Assembly (NCBI GenBank): GCA_000830275.1
Contig: CP010424.1
Location: 1,080,001-1,112,000, forward strand
From: an archaeon GW2011_AR10
GTDB taxonomy: Archaea; Iainarchaeota; Iainarchaeia; Iainarchaeales; GW2011-AR10
Direction of reading: 5' to 3'
DNA: 32,000 nucleotides
Translations under genes and position numbers: made by a program
Notes under the pieces: generated by a model
Told to the model about the DNA's origin: nothing
Database searches by the model: none
The model's input: only the letters and a program-made list of their open reading frames with translations
In this document: in pieces, positions 7,754 to 16,082 of the stretch
Position numbering within the stretch: the first letter of the stretch is position 1
Layout: each line of letters starts with the position of its first letter

Positions 7754-8290
7754 TTATGCCGGCGTGTTTTGAGTCCAGCGTATGCCGCTTGCTTCATCCG
7801 TAACAGTTATCTCGCATGCTGGGCCTGAAATTTCAGTTGCAGAATAATTTTTCCTGTAATTAAATACATTGTAAATGTTGACATTTCCGGTTTGGCATGT
7901 GATTATTGTTGCGGCTTCCACTTTGCCTGCCTGAAAATTAATGATTTCCACTTCAATTGAGCAAGGCTTGATTTTTTCACTTGCCTTGGAAAAATAAAGG
8001 TCTGCCTTTTCCTGCAGTGTGTTTTGGAAATCTGCACTATTAATCTGGCATGGCGCGCCAGGATTTATGGGGTAAACCTCATCATACACTGAATCAGCTA
8101 CTGCTTCGGTGAAGCTTTGCTCCGCAACAAAATATGAATTTTGCAGCCGGAATGAATTCGTTGTAATTGCTTGCTGTATAATATCTGATTTCATGTCTGC
8201 TGCAGGTATCCTCGCCAAATTAATTGCAAAAACAATAGCAACAATTGCCATTGCGCCAATAACCAGAGAATAGCTTCCTTTTCGCTTCAT
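7754..8290 (-). CDS. Type IV pilin-like protein (class III signal peptide)
   Basis: The N-terminus MKRKG|SYSLVIGAMAIVAIVFAINL has a basic n-region, Gly at -1 and a hydrophobic helix. Its ATG overlaps the upstream stop (ATGA). Confidence 0.7.
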   Translation of the reverse strand: MKRKGSYSLVIGAMAIVAIVFAINLARIPAADMKSDIIQQAITTNSFRLQNSYFVAEQSFTEAVADSVYDEVYPINPGAPCQINSADFQNTLQEKADLYFSKASEKIKPCSIEVEIINFQAGKVEAATIITCQTGNVNIYNVFNYRKNYSATEISGPACEITVTDEASGIRWTQNTPA

Positions 8291-8649
8291 CCGAATTCAC
8301 CACAAAATCTTTTTTCATTTATCGGAGCAGCTCCTGCTCCTGTTCCAAGCCTTGAATTGTCGCTGCGTTCAAGGGTGTCCTCTCTTATGAACAAGTAATC
8401 GTATATTATATTGCATTTGGATTGCTTTGCAGCTATGCTGAATGTTTCGCTCAAGCCGAAATCTGATGCTTCTCTGTTGAGGTAAAATCCAACGAGTGCT
8501 GCATCCGCGGTTTCCCTGTCAACAGAATAAATTGCTTTTTCCTCGCTTTGTTCAATCAAAAAATACGTTGTAAGCGTGGAAAAAACCACTATCACTATTA
8601 GAACAGCGAACAATGCGTCAGAACTGAAAATAAAACCTTTTTCCTTCAT
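8287..8649 (-). CDS. Type IV pilin-like protein (class III signal peptide)
   Basis: The ATG at 8649 overlaps the upstream TGA (ATGA). N-terminus is MKEKG|FIFSSDALFAVLIVIVVF. The track start at 8658 is a GTG three codons upstream. Confidence 0.75.
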   Translation of the reverse strand: MKEKGFIFSSDALFAVLIVIVVFSTLTTYFLIEQSEEKAIYSVDRETADAALVGFYLNREASDFGLSETFSIAAKQSKCNIIYDYLFIREDTLERSDNSRLGTGAGAAPINEKRFCGEFG

Positions 8650-9311
8650 GCTCTCCACACCTTTATCGTAGCGCCTGCCTCTTCAAGCGGGCAGCTTCCA
8701 GCTCCAGAAATGCAGTTCTCAAAATCTGCCCTTTTTAGGTTTTTTCCATTCCCTTCAGTGTTGTAATAAACAAGTTTTCTTTCAATTGAATAAATGTCTT
8801 CAGTGCCAGAGCTGAAACTATTGCATCCAATTACTGGCACAACCAAGCTGCTAGGGTTCAATGCCCCACCACTTATTGTTAACTCGCAGTCGTAGTCAGC
8901 AGGAATCCCCAAATCTTCCTTGCGTATTACTTTAGCAAACCTGTCAGCTTGTCCCGGAGCAGTCCACCAGCCACCTTCATAATAGCCATAAGGCGATCTC
9001 CATTGTCCAGGTGGAACATCATTCCTGCTTACGGCTGTAACGCAGTTTTGCATGAAAAGAATTGATACATCATCATCAGGATCATCTGGCGTGCCATTGT
9101 CGTTTTCCACCAGTTTGCAAACAATATCAGGATTGCTCACCAACAAATCAGAAGCAGTTTCTCCAACTATTTGGAGTTCTTCAAAAATTTCGTTCTCTTT
9201 CATGTTTTGAACAGTCAATTCGCTGAAGTTTAGGATTAAGCCAATTGCAAGAACAGCCAAAATAACAGAAATAATGAAGTCCAATGAAAAAATTTGCCCG
9301 TTTTTGTTCAT
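8646..9311 (-). CDS. Type IV pilin-like protein (class III signal peptide), larger minor-pilin or adhesin candidate
   Basis: N-terminus MNKNG|QIFSLDFIISVILAVLAIGLIL. 221 aa with an acidic PDDPDDD stretch and several Cys. Confidence 0.75.
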   Translation of the reverse strand: MNKNGQIFSLDFIISVILAVLAIGLILNFSELTVQNMKENEIFEELQIVGETASDLLVSNPDIVCKLVENDNGTPDDPDDDVSILFMQNCVTAVSRNDVPPGQWRSPYGYYEGGWWTAPGQADRFAKVIRKEDLGIPADYDCELTISGGALNPSSLVVPVIGCNSFSSGTEDIYSIERKLVYYNTEGNGKNLKRADFENCISGAGSCPLEEAGATIKVWRA

Positions 9312-9317
9312 TTTTCA

Positions 9318-9755
9318 TCAACTTGAAAGCGTTAATTCGCCCCCGCATTTTGCACTGGAAATGTCGGTTACAATGCTGCTGGTGATTGGGACAACAGAAT
9401 AAACATTTGTTTTAATTGTAGTTCCTGCAGCAGCTAATTTCTGATAATGGCTGCTGTCAACTGTAATAGTGATTGTGTTAGGAAGCACGGCATTTAAACC
9501 GCATTCTATTGGGTTAGAACCCAAAACCGAGATTTTTGGAATATTATAACTAATAACATGTCCGAATCCGGATATTTTTTTTTCATTAGCAAGCAGTTTG
9601 ACTATGGCCGAGCCAATCTGTTTTTGCTGTGCACGAATGCTTAGTTCTTCCTGGTCTTTAGTGAACTCATCCCTAAAATTTGCAAGCGAAAGCATGAAAA
9701 TGAGCATTATTGTTACCGCTAGCACCAAATCAAAGCTTATCTGGCCTCTTTTCAT
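9318..9755 (-). CDS. Type IV pilin-like protein (class III signal peptide)
   Basis: N-terminus MKRG|QISFDLVLAVTIMLIFMLSL, with Gln at +1 and an acidic residue at +5. Confidence 0.8.
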   Translation of the reverse strand: MKRGQISFDLVLAVTIMLIFMLSLANFRDEFTKDQEELSIRAQQKQIGSAIVKLLANEKKISGFGHVISYNIPKISVLGSNPIECGLNAVLPNTITITVDSSHYQKLAAAGTTIKTNVYSVVPITSSIVTDISSAKCGGELTLSS

Positions 9756-9777
9756 GCTAACTAATATAATATTCTAT

Positions 9778-9787
9778 GTATATAAAA
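9778..9787 (-). promoter_or_regulatory. TATA-box-like element (TTTTATATAC on the minus strand) for the four-pilin sub-operon
   Basis: It lies directly after the apgM stop and about 23-32 nt upstream of the ATG at 9755. This spacing fits a leaderless or short-leader archaeal transcript. Confidence 0.4.
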
Positions 9788-10993
9788 TTAGCGCCTTCCA
9801 GAAAGCCTCAGAAGCTTTGGCATCAATTGCAATCCGCTTAAATGTCCAAGAGTTCCTTTCCTGCAGGCTCTTTCAGAGAACTCCTTAACCTGGCCTCCTT
9901 TAATTCCTTGCCCGGCAACAAGCACCGGCACTGCGTCACTTGAATGCTTTTTCAGCTCACAAGGAGTTGAGTGGTCAGCAGTAACAGCAATAACAGTGTT
10001 TTTCAAGTCCAAAAACTCTTTTGCGGCTCTGTCAATTTTTTCAATGAACTTCTTTTTTCCTTCGGCGTTTCCATCTTCCCCAAAGCTGTCGGCTGCCTTA
10101 ACGTGAACAAACACGAAATCAAATTTTTTCAGCGCTTTTTTTGCAGCCAAAAACTTTGCTTTTACGTTCGTGTTCGGCAAACCTGTTGCGCCCTTAACTT
10201 TCAGCACTTTCATTCCAACGATTTTGGCAATGCCCTTGTACATTCCTGCTCCAGCAATCACTGTCGCTTTCAGGCCATACTTTTTCTTAAAGCCGGGAAT
10301 GTATTTTACTTTTCCTGCGCCCCTACAAAGCAAATAATTTGCTTCAAGGAGGCCAAGCTTTTTTCGCTTCAGGTTTTCCGGGTGCATTAAAAGAATTTCA
10401 TGCGCTCTTTCAGTGAACGCGTTCAGTATTTCAGCAGTGCGTTCTGCATTTCCAGAACTGTTTTCTGCCATGAATTTCAGTGGCTTCACCCCAATTTTCT
10501 TTGGGTCGTTCTGCGTTACTTTTTCACTCAGGCCTTTTCCCCTAACCACAACGACGGCTCTGTAGCCCGTTCCAGCTTTAACAAAAATTCTTGTACCGTT
10601 GATTTTGATTCCATCAAGTTTTTTCACAAATTTTTGAACTGACTCAATTCTTCCAGCGCGCCTGTCAACGATAATTCCTTTCTGGTCAACAGTAGCAATG
10701 TTTGCACGCAGCGCAATGTCCCCTTTCCTTAGCTTCAAGCCAATTCCTGCTGCTTCTATTGGGCCCCTGCCGCAGTAATACTTTCCAAGCGGATAACCAA
10801 AAATTGAGAGGTGCGCTTTGTCAGAATCAGGGTAAAGTTTTCTGTCAACTGCATTCATTGTGCCGGTTAAACCATTTGCTGCAAGCCTATCAAGATTTTT
10901 GGTCTTTGCTGCCTCAAGCGGGGTCTTTCCGCCAAATTTTTTTGTCGGCCTGTCTCCAAGGCCGTCGCATATCACCAGCAAAATTTTTTGCAT
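9788..10993 (-). CDS. apgM: 2,3-bisphosphoglycerate-independent phosphoglycerate mutase, archaeal type
   Basis: About 401 aa. The N-terminus ILLVICDGLGDRP and the C-terminal TADHSTP block are typical of ApgM. The ATG is at 10993; the track starts one codon earlier at a TTG. Confidence 0.92.
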   Translation of the reverse strand: MQKILLVICDGLGDRPTKKFGGKTPLEAAKTKNLDRLAANGLTGTMNAVDRKLYPDSDKAHLSIFGYPLGKYYCGRGPIEAAGIGLKLRKGDIALRANIATVDQKGIIVDRRAGRIESVQKFVKKLDGIKINGTRIFVKAGTGYRAVVVVRGKGLSEKVTQNDPKKIGVKPLKFMAENSSGNAERTAEILNAFTERAHEILLMHPENLKRKKLGLLEANYLLCRGAGKVKYIPGFKKKYGLKATVIAGAGMYKGIAKIVGMKVLKVKGATGLPNTNVKAKFLAAKKALKKFDFVFVHVKAADSFGEDGNAEGKKKFIEKIDRAAKEFLDLKNTVIAVTADHSTPCELKKHSSDAVPVLVAGQGIKGGQVKEFSERACRKGTLGHLSGLQLMPKLLRLSGRR

Positions 10994-10996
10994 CAA

Positions 10997-11362
10997 TTAA
11001 ATCAATTCAATTGCTGTTTTTATTCCTTTCGAATCAAATGCGTTGAAGCTTTCTGAATTGAAGGGGTAAGCAATTATGAGGTGAATTGAACCCATTTTTC
11101 CAAAAGTTGCAATGTCCTGCTTTGAAGGCCTGCTTGAATAGGAAGGGTGGCTGTGAACTGTGCCAATCATTTTTGAATCAAAAGGAATAAGGTGCGATTT
11201 TATTAAGGTGAAATTTCTGCCGTAAGTTGCGGGCACAACAATTAGCTCATCAACAATTTTCTCCCCCGGGCTTCCACCCAGCACCCCAAAAAACTCGTGG
11301 GGATAAGTGTTTTTGCTTGCTTCAATTATTGCTCCAAGCACTTCCCGCTTTATTTTGTACAT
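10997..11362 (-). CDS. Stand-alone JAB/MPN (JAMM) metalloprotease domain protein
   Basis: 121 aa from the ATG at 11362 (MYKIKREV). It has a complete JAMM motif: the Glu of PHEFFG plus HSHPSYSSRPSKQD (HxHx7Sx2D) at nt 11114-11155. The longer track ORF to 11587 overlaps the upstream gene and is rejected. Confidence 0.9.
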   Translation of the reverse strand: MYKIKREVLGAIIEASKNTYPHEFFGVLGGSPGEKIVDELIVVPATYGRNFTLIKSHLIPFDSKMIGTVHSHPSYSSRPSKQDIATFGKMGSIHLIIAYPFNSESFNAFDSKGIKTAIELI

Positions 11363-11370
11363 TAACTGCT

Positions 11371-12564
11371 TTAAGCCGCGAACCCCAAATAAAGCAATAT
11401 TGTGGGGAACATTAGGAAAGCCATGCAATGGGTTCTCTTTATGCCTGTTGATAGCGGGAGCAGCCCAATTGCGGTTGAAACAAGAAACAGAATCATTCCG
11501 TATAGGCCGCTTAAAAATAGCACCAGCAGAAAAAGCAGTCCAAGAACATACTTGCTCAGGTTTCTGTAATTGACCGCTAAAATCCATTTAATTGCTTTTT
11601 TCCCTATTATGTCTGTTGCAATATACCCAAAAGAAGCAGAAATCAGCACTGCTGCAAAAATCAGCAGAAGTGAAGTTTCATTCAATCCAATGAGTTGCTT
11701 CACTGTTGCTGCGGCCCCTGTTCTTGCTTTGCCAATCAAGAATAGCACGGCAAAACTGAAAATAGTGTTCGCAGTGTTAACCCCGCCGAGAACCACCAAA
11801 AACTCGTTTCTTGAAATCTTTTTTGTGAACTCTCCAAGAAGAAATGCCGCCGTGCTTGCTCCAACGCTTGGAAAGAATGACACGATTGCCCCTGCAACAG
11901 TGCTAAAAAAGCTTCCCTTGATTATTGTTTTCTTTTCTTCCTTGAACACTCCAGTTTTTTGCTCAGTTATAGAGTGCTCTTTAGTGAGAGAATAAACCAG
12001 TGTTGACGACCCAAAAAAACCTGTCACAAGCGGAAAAAGCGTTTCCTGCATGGAACCGCTGTTTAAGCCAATAATTCCCGTGATGCCAGAAAGCAAAATT
12101 GTAGCAAGAGCCCATTTTTTCTTTCCCCCCTTTTCGCTTAAAACCATTAGTGCAATTAGTGCAACTAAAATAAACGGAATCAAGGAGTAAAGGAATTCTG
12201 CCAAACCAGCAATAAGCAGCCAAAAGAATGGCAGAAGCAAAATGCAGAAAAGCACTGAAAAAATCCCTCCGGCTGCAGTCAGCTTTATTGCGTAGAGCCC
12301 TTCGCCTTTCAAAAAAAAATAGTGGCCAGGCAGAACCGAGAGAAACGAGTCAGTGTCCGGTGCCCCAATTAAAATGCTTGGAATGAAGTCAACAAAACTG
12401 TGCACAACGCTTGTTGCAACAATAAGCAGGGCAATGTTCAAATCGTTGCTCTCCGAAAAAGCAAGGAAGAGAACCGCGATGGTGTTAACGTGTATTCCTG
12501 GCATCAGGCCGGTGAAAACTCCAAGCAGGCAGCCCAGCAGAATCCATGAAAGTGCTTCAATCAA
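11371..12564 (-). CDS. Polytopic membrane protein, TctA/DUF112-like permease
   Basis: 397 aa with about 10 or more TM segments. GLMPGIHVNTIA and GAPDTDSFLSVLPGHYFFLKGEG resemble the conserved DUF112/TctA loops. The start is TTG and overlaps the upstream gene by 8 nt. Confidence 0.65.
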   Translation of the reverse strand: MIEALSWILLGCLLGVFTGLMPGIHVNTIAVLFLAFSESNDLNIALLIVATSVVHSFVDFIPSILIGAPDTDSFLSVLPGHYFFLKGEGLYAIKLTAAGGIFSVLFCILLLPFFWLLIAGLAEFLYSLIPFILVALIALMVLSEKGGKKKWALATILLSGITGIIGLNSGSMQETLFPLVTGFFGSSTLVYSLTKEHSITEQKTGVFKEEKKTIIKGSFFSTVAGAIVSFFPSVGASTAAFLLGEFTKKISRNEFLVVLGGVNTANTIFSFAVLFLIGKARTGAAATVKQLIGLNETSLLLIFAAVLISASFGYIATDIIGKKAIKWILAVNYRNLSKYVLGLLFLLVLFLSGLYGMILFLVSTAIGLLPLSTGIKRTHCMAFLMFPTILLYLGFAA

Positions 12565-12919
12565 TTCTTTTCACTTTTTCCGCAACTATTTCAATTTTTC
12601 CCTTGTATTCCTGGACAGTGCCTTCAATCCTGATAACCGCGCTGTTTTCAATTTCTTTCAGCTCTTTTTCGGTTGGGGAAAAAACCACTGCCTTGATGCT
12701 TTTCCCATCAACCAGCTCAAACAACAGCGTGTTCTTTGAATAGAACCTGTTCTTCACTATTCCCTCAGTTGAAACCTTTTTCTGTAGCATTCCCCCGTTT
12801 ATTTCCGGAATGCTTACTTCAAGGGGTTTTGTTGCAGCGCTCATGGCTGCAAGCAGCAGTATTCCTGCAATTCCAATGCCTAAAGCCAGTTTTCTGAAGA
12901 AGAAATCGTCGAATTCCAT
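12557..12919 (-). CDS. Membrane-anchored OB-fold (nucleic-acid-binding type) protein
   Basis: From the ATG at 12919 the sequence is MEFDDFFFRKLALGIGIAGILLLAAM (TM with RK on the N-side), followed by an OB-fold-like VSTEGIVKNRFYSKNTLLFELVDGKSIKAVVF...IRIEGTVQEYKGKIEIV. By the positive-inside rule the OB domain is predicted to be extracytoplasmic. Confidence 0.65.
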   Translation of the reverse strand: MEFDDFFFRKLALGIGIAGILLLAAMSAATKPLEVSIPEINGGMLQKKVSTEGIVKNRFYSKNTLLFELVDGKSIKAVVFSPTEKELKEIENSAVIRIEGTVQEYKGKIEIVAEKVKRID

Positions 12920-12949
12920 TAAAGAATTAGGAGAAGAAAACAATAAAAA

Positions 12950-12967
12950 ACTTCGTCAATCGTCGAA
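12950..12967. promoter_or_regulatory. Quasi-palindromic motif ACTTCGTCAATCGTCGAA abutting a TATA-like box; a second copy lies at 30800-30817
   Basis: Read directly. It is identical at 17 of 18 positions to 30800-30817 (ACTTCGTCAATTGTCGAA). On the minus strand it is followed by TTTTTATT (12943-12950), 24-31 nt upstream of the ATG at 12919. Confidence 0.6.
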
Positions 12968-13537
12968 CTATATTATTTGTGTTGGTTTCCTTGTGAAAAA
13001 CCTGTTTTCCACCTTTATCTTTACCTTTTTTCCTACTGGCTGCTTTCCTTTGCTTTCAACAATGAACCGTCCTCCATTTGAAAGGGAAAGCAAGTCATAA
13101 TCTGTTTCCACCACTGCCATTTCGCTGTCACTTAACAGTACCTTTCCATAAGTGTAGTTTCTAACGACAAAAAGCTTGAACAGGACAAAGAAAACCAGCA
13201 GCCCAAAAATCAGCACTGAAAAGAATGCCAGCCTTGTTATTGTGTCTGAAATAATGCTCTGTCCAATCCATGAGACCTGAATTGCCGTGGGCAGAACAAT
13301 AAAAAACAATGCATACCGGCTAAAGCCTTCCTTAACCTCTTTCCTTAAATCAATTACCAGAAGCTTCAAGTAAATTAAAATCAGCACAGCGTTCACTGCA
13401 AGAAAAACAGTTTCCCCCAAAAGCGGTGCAGCAATTACTGCTAAAAGCATCAGGAAAACGAGCAACTGCAGTGCAATTACTATGAAGCTCCTGTAGCTTA
13501 AATCCTTCACGTTTTTTTCCAGAAAAGTTTTGAGCAT
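12968..13537 (-). CDS. Membrane protein (about 4 TM) with small C-terminal soluble beta domain; DUF2101-like, function unknown
   Basis: 189 aa. Four hydrophobic segments are followed by GKVLLSDSEMAVVETDYDLLSLSNGGRFIVESKGKQPVGKKVKIKV. Confidence 0.55.
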   Translation of the reverse strand: MLKTFLEKNVKDLSYRSFIVIALQLLVFLMLLAVIAAPLLGETVFLAVNAVLILIYLKLLVIDLRKEVKEGFSRYALFFIVLPTAIQVSWIGQSIISDTITRLAFFSVLIFGLLVFFVLFKLFVVRNYTYGKVLLSDSEMAVVETDYDLLSLSNGGRFIVESKGKQPVGKKVKIKVENRFFTRKPTQII

Positions 13538-13541
13538 TCAA

Positions 13542-13931
13542 TCACGGACAGCGTGTTTCATATGGTGTGCCAGCGTTCACACTTAGTTTGAATTCGGATG
13601 TTGGACTCAGTTCCCATGCAGTTGAATCATCCACCGTGGTTATAATTTTTTGGCAATCAGAAGCGCTCAAACGAAAAGTTTTAGGAACTGTGTTAGCATC
13701 AATATTGACTGTCGGCGGGGCTCCTGTTACCTCGATTTTTTCAATGAAGTAGGCCTCTTCTAGGCTTTCATCAGTGGCGAATATGCTCACCAGCTTTTCC
13801 TTCACAATTGCGGGTGCGACCACGTAATCCACCACCTCAAAAAAGTTTCCCATTATTGCAGTTCCGACTATGAAGATCGCAGCGGTAACGAAAATTATTT
13901 CAAAGCTGGATTGGCCTTTTTCTCTGAGCAT
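13542..13931 (-). CDS. Type IV pilin-like protein (class III signal peptide)
   Basis: The ATG at 13931 gives MLREKG|QSSFEIIFVTAAIFIVGTAIM, with Gln at +1 and Glu at +5. The track start at 13940 is a TTG. Confidence 0.8.
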   Translation of the reverse strand: MLREKGQSSFEIIFVTAAIFIVGTAIMGNFFEVVDYVVAPAIVKEKLVSIFATDESLEEAYFIEKIEVTGAPPTVNIDANTVPKTFRLSASDCQKIITTVDDSTAWELSPTSEFKLSVNAGTPYETRCP

Positions 13932-13941
13932 GGAAACCAAT

Positions 13942-14409
13942 TCAGATTCTTACTTCAACTTCATCAGCGGTAATTTTTTGAACAATAACCCTTTTCATCT
14001 GCGGTCCCTCAATTTCTGTGCCGTTAATACAGCGAAGCGTTATTTCTTCCAATATATCAAGGTCAAGAGCGCATTTTCCTGTGGCATCACAGGCAGGGTG
14101 CGATAAATCAGTGTTTATAAGCTCTGTTTCAAATCCAATCTTTTTTGTTGCTTCTTTGCAAAGCACTTTGCTTCCAGCTGGAACAAAAACAGTTATTGTC
14201 TGCTTGGTGTCAATGCCAAGTGTTCCTACAAGGTTTGTTGTATTAGCGATTTTTTCGGCTGCAAGCCTTGCTTCAGCCAGCCGTGCAACCTCTTTTGCAC
14301 TGTCAACTGCAAGATTCACGTTTGGCTGGATAATTGTCTGAATGAACAGCAGCATTACTGCTACAAGGAAAATGAACTCGATTGCTGCCTGCCCTCTATT
14401 GCCTTTCAC
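13942..14409 (-). CDS. Type IV pilin-like protein (class III signal peptide)
   Basis: The GTG at 14409 overlaps the peptidase TGA stop (GTGA). It gives MKGNRG|QAAIEFIFLVAVMLLF, with Gln at +1 and Glu at +5. The track start is a TTG at 14424. Confidence 0.75.
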   Translation of the reverse strand: MKGNRGQAAIEFIFLVAVMLLFIQTIIQPNVNLAVDSAKEVARLAEARLAAEKIANTTNLVGTLGIDTKQTITVFVPAGSKVLCKEATKKIGFETELINTDLSHPACDATGKCALDLDILEEITLRCINGTEIEGPQMKRVIVQKITADEVEVRI

Positions 14410-15524
14410 AGAAAAAAATTCCAAACCAAATCACCAACCAACTGAAGCAAAATATATGCAATTAATACTGCCGGAACAAACGGCACTGACTTTTTTACCG
14501 CCAGTTTGTTTTCAAGCTTTTTTTCATTCACCAGCTTTTTTAATTCCCTTATCTGCTCTTCTGTGAGACCACCTGCGGCCCTGCTGCTTGCAAGGATTCT
14601 TCCAGAAGGCCAAATCAGGCGCCTGACAGCGTCTACATTATTATTTCTGAAGTGCTTTATAATTGTTCCGATGCCTGCTTTTTCAAGCCTTTTCACTTTC
14701 CCTTTTTCTTCCACAATTGTTTCCCCGGAAATCATTCCCTCTTCCAGGGCAGTTATTTTAACGTTCTCTGCCAAAATTTCCCTGCTTGCAAAGTAAAGCT
14801 TCAGCAGCAGGAACAGGAAAAGCAGAGGCAGAAAAACCATTAAAGCGCCCTGAAGCGCAGAAACATAGTCAGTGTACAGCGCAAACGCAAAAACCACGGC
14901 TACAACAACGGCACTGATTTTTTTTCTCAAAAAACCAATTGCAAGCAGCATTGGCAGCACAAACAGTGCATCAAGCCTCATTGCTGCAACAACCGCGCTT
15001 AAGCCAGCAACTAATATGCTGAAAGCCGCCAGATGAACAAACCTCTTTTTTATTTCAGCAAAAACTTTTTCCGAAAGGTCCTTGTTTTTTGCAATGCCGT
15101 TCAGTGAAATCATTGCACCGTAGGGGAACATTGCGAATACGCTGAAAACAAAAAGCCAGAACGGGAAAACAGGCAAATGAATTGAAGCAAATAACGCCCC
15201 GTTCAACCCAATTAAATCCCTTAATACTCCGTAATTAACGGGGTTCAATGCTGCGAGGCCAGTGAAAAGCTTTACATCGCCTCCAGCCCACACGCCGAGC
15301 TTCCACAGCAGCATTGCTCCGAGGAACGTTCCAATTGTTGCAATTCCAGAAAACAATATGAAGCCAAAATCATCAGTTAGAAATGAAAGGAACAAATGCA
15401 GGAGCAGCCCCAGCGCAATCATGGAGTAAGTTATTTTGTCTGAAACAATCCTTTCCCTTAAATCAGTGTAGGTTGCAACAGCAAGCAGGATAAAGGAAAT
15501 AGAGAAAAAGAGAGCGGCTGCCAA
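14406..15524 (-). CDS. A24-family prepilin/preflagellin peptidase (PibD/EppA/FlaK class) with extended C-terminal region
   Basis: Two catalytic Asp motifs are present: ATYTDLRERIVSD near the N-terminus, and WAGGDVKLF (the GxGD type). 372 aa, multi-TM, with a soluble insert of about 95 aa before the last TM. The start is TTG. Confidence 0.85.
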   Translation of the reverse strand: MAAALFFSISFILLAVATYTDLRERIVSDKITYSMIALGLLLHLFLSFLTDDFGFILFSGIATIGTFLGAMLLWKLGVWAGGDVKLFTGLAALNPVNYGVLRDLIGLNGALFASIHLPVFPFWLFVFSVFAMFPYGAMISLNGIAKNKDLSEKVFAEIKKRFVHLAAFSILVAGLSAVVAAMRLDALFVLPMLLAIGFLRKKISAVVVAVVFAFALYTDYVSALQGALMVFLPLLFLFLLLKLYFASREILAENVKITALEEGMISGETIVEEKGKVKRLEKAGIGTIIKHFRNNNVDAVRRLIWPSGRILASSRAAGGLTEEQIRELKKLVNEKKLENKLAVKKSVPFVPAVLIAYILLQLVGDLVWNFFL

Positions 15525-15536
15525 AACAACCCGCCC

Positions 15537-15710
15537 TTAGTTTTCAAGTAGAGAGCTTATTGTCGAGTCCCTGCTTTCAAGTATTTGCTGCTGTGCAACG
15601 TTTGAAACTGTCACAACCTGTAAAGCGATGACTGAAGCAGCCAGCACCAACAGCAACGCAAATGTTACTGTTATGAGGTATTCAAACGAAACCTGTGCTC
15701 GCTGCTCCAT
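15537..15710 (-). CDS. Small class III signal peptide pilin
   Basis: The ATG at 15710 gives MEQRA|QVSFEYLITVTFALLLVLAASVIAL, with Gln at +1 and Glu at +5. About 57 aa. Confidence 0.75.
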   Translation of the reverse strand: MEQRAQVSFEYLITVTFALLLVLAASVIALQVVTVSNVAQQQILESRDSTISSLLEN

Positions 15711-15728
15711 GGAGATCACTTAACCCTG

Positions 15729-16076
15729 TTATACTCCAGCGCCTGGAGCGTTACAATTGGATGTTGGTATGAGTGGTGCTACTGGTGTTGGGTCATATCT
15801 TGATTTACAGACTGTACTTGGTGCTGTTCCTGCAGGGCCGCAATAACATGTAACATTGTCTGGACCTATAACTTGTATTGAACCAACTAGCACATTAGTG
15901 CAACTCGTAGTTGTTGCCGGGTATTTTATGCACAAAGCATCAAATGCTTGTTTTTTTGATTCTGTTCCTCCGCTGCTTCCTAACCCTGATATTACACTGA
16001 TGACTATCACTGCAACAAGCACTGCTCCGCCGATTAACAGCAGGTATTCAAGTGCACCTTGTCCTTTTTTTTGCAT
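15729..16076 (-). CDS. Class III signal peptide pilin; candidate major pilin with Cys/Pro/Thr-rich globular part
   Basis: N-terminus MQKKG|QGALEYLLLIGGAVLVAVIVISVI, with Gln at +1 and Glu at +5. There are six Cys in the C-terminal 65 aa. It has its own promoter-like region and a strong SD. Confidence 0.85.
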   Translation of the reverse strand: MQKKGQGALEYLLLIGGAVLVAVIVISVISGLGSSGGTESKKQAFDALCIKYPATTTSCTNVLVGSIQVIGPDNVTCYCGPAGTAPSTVCKSRYDPTPVAPLIPTSNCNAPGAGV

Positions 16077-16082
16077 TCCTTG

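Noticed and set aside
7513-7828. 94-aa (minus) and 95-aa (plus) ORFs in the 7477-7753 gap
   Set aside because: They are mutually overlapping, highly basic and low in complexity. They span hairpin stems, and one overlaps the 3' end of the pilin gene. They are judged spurious.
11363-11587. Upstream 75-codon extension of the JAMM ORF (track 10997..11587)
   Set aside because: It lies entirely inside the 3' end of the TctA-like gene in another frame. The JAMM domain begins cleanly at the ATG at 11362, 8 nt after the upstream stop.
12905-12913. Third copy of ATCGTCGAA near the 12950-12967 motif
   Set aside because: This is only a 9-nt match. It lies inside the coding start of the OB-fold gene (codons EFDDF), so it is likely coincidental.
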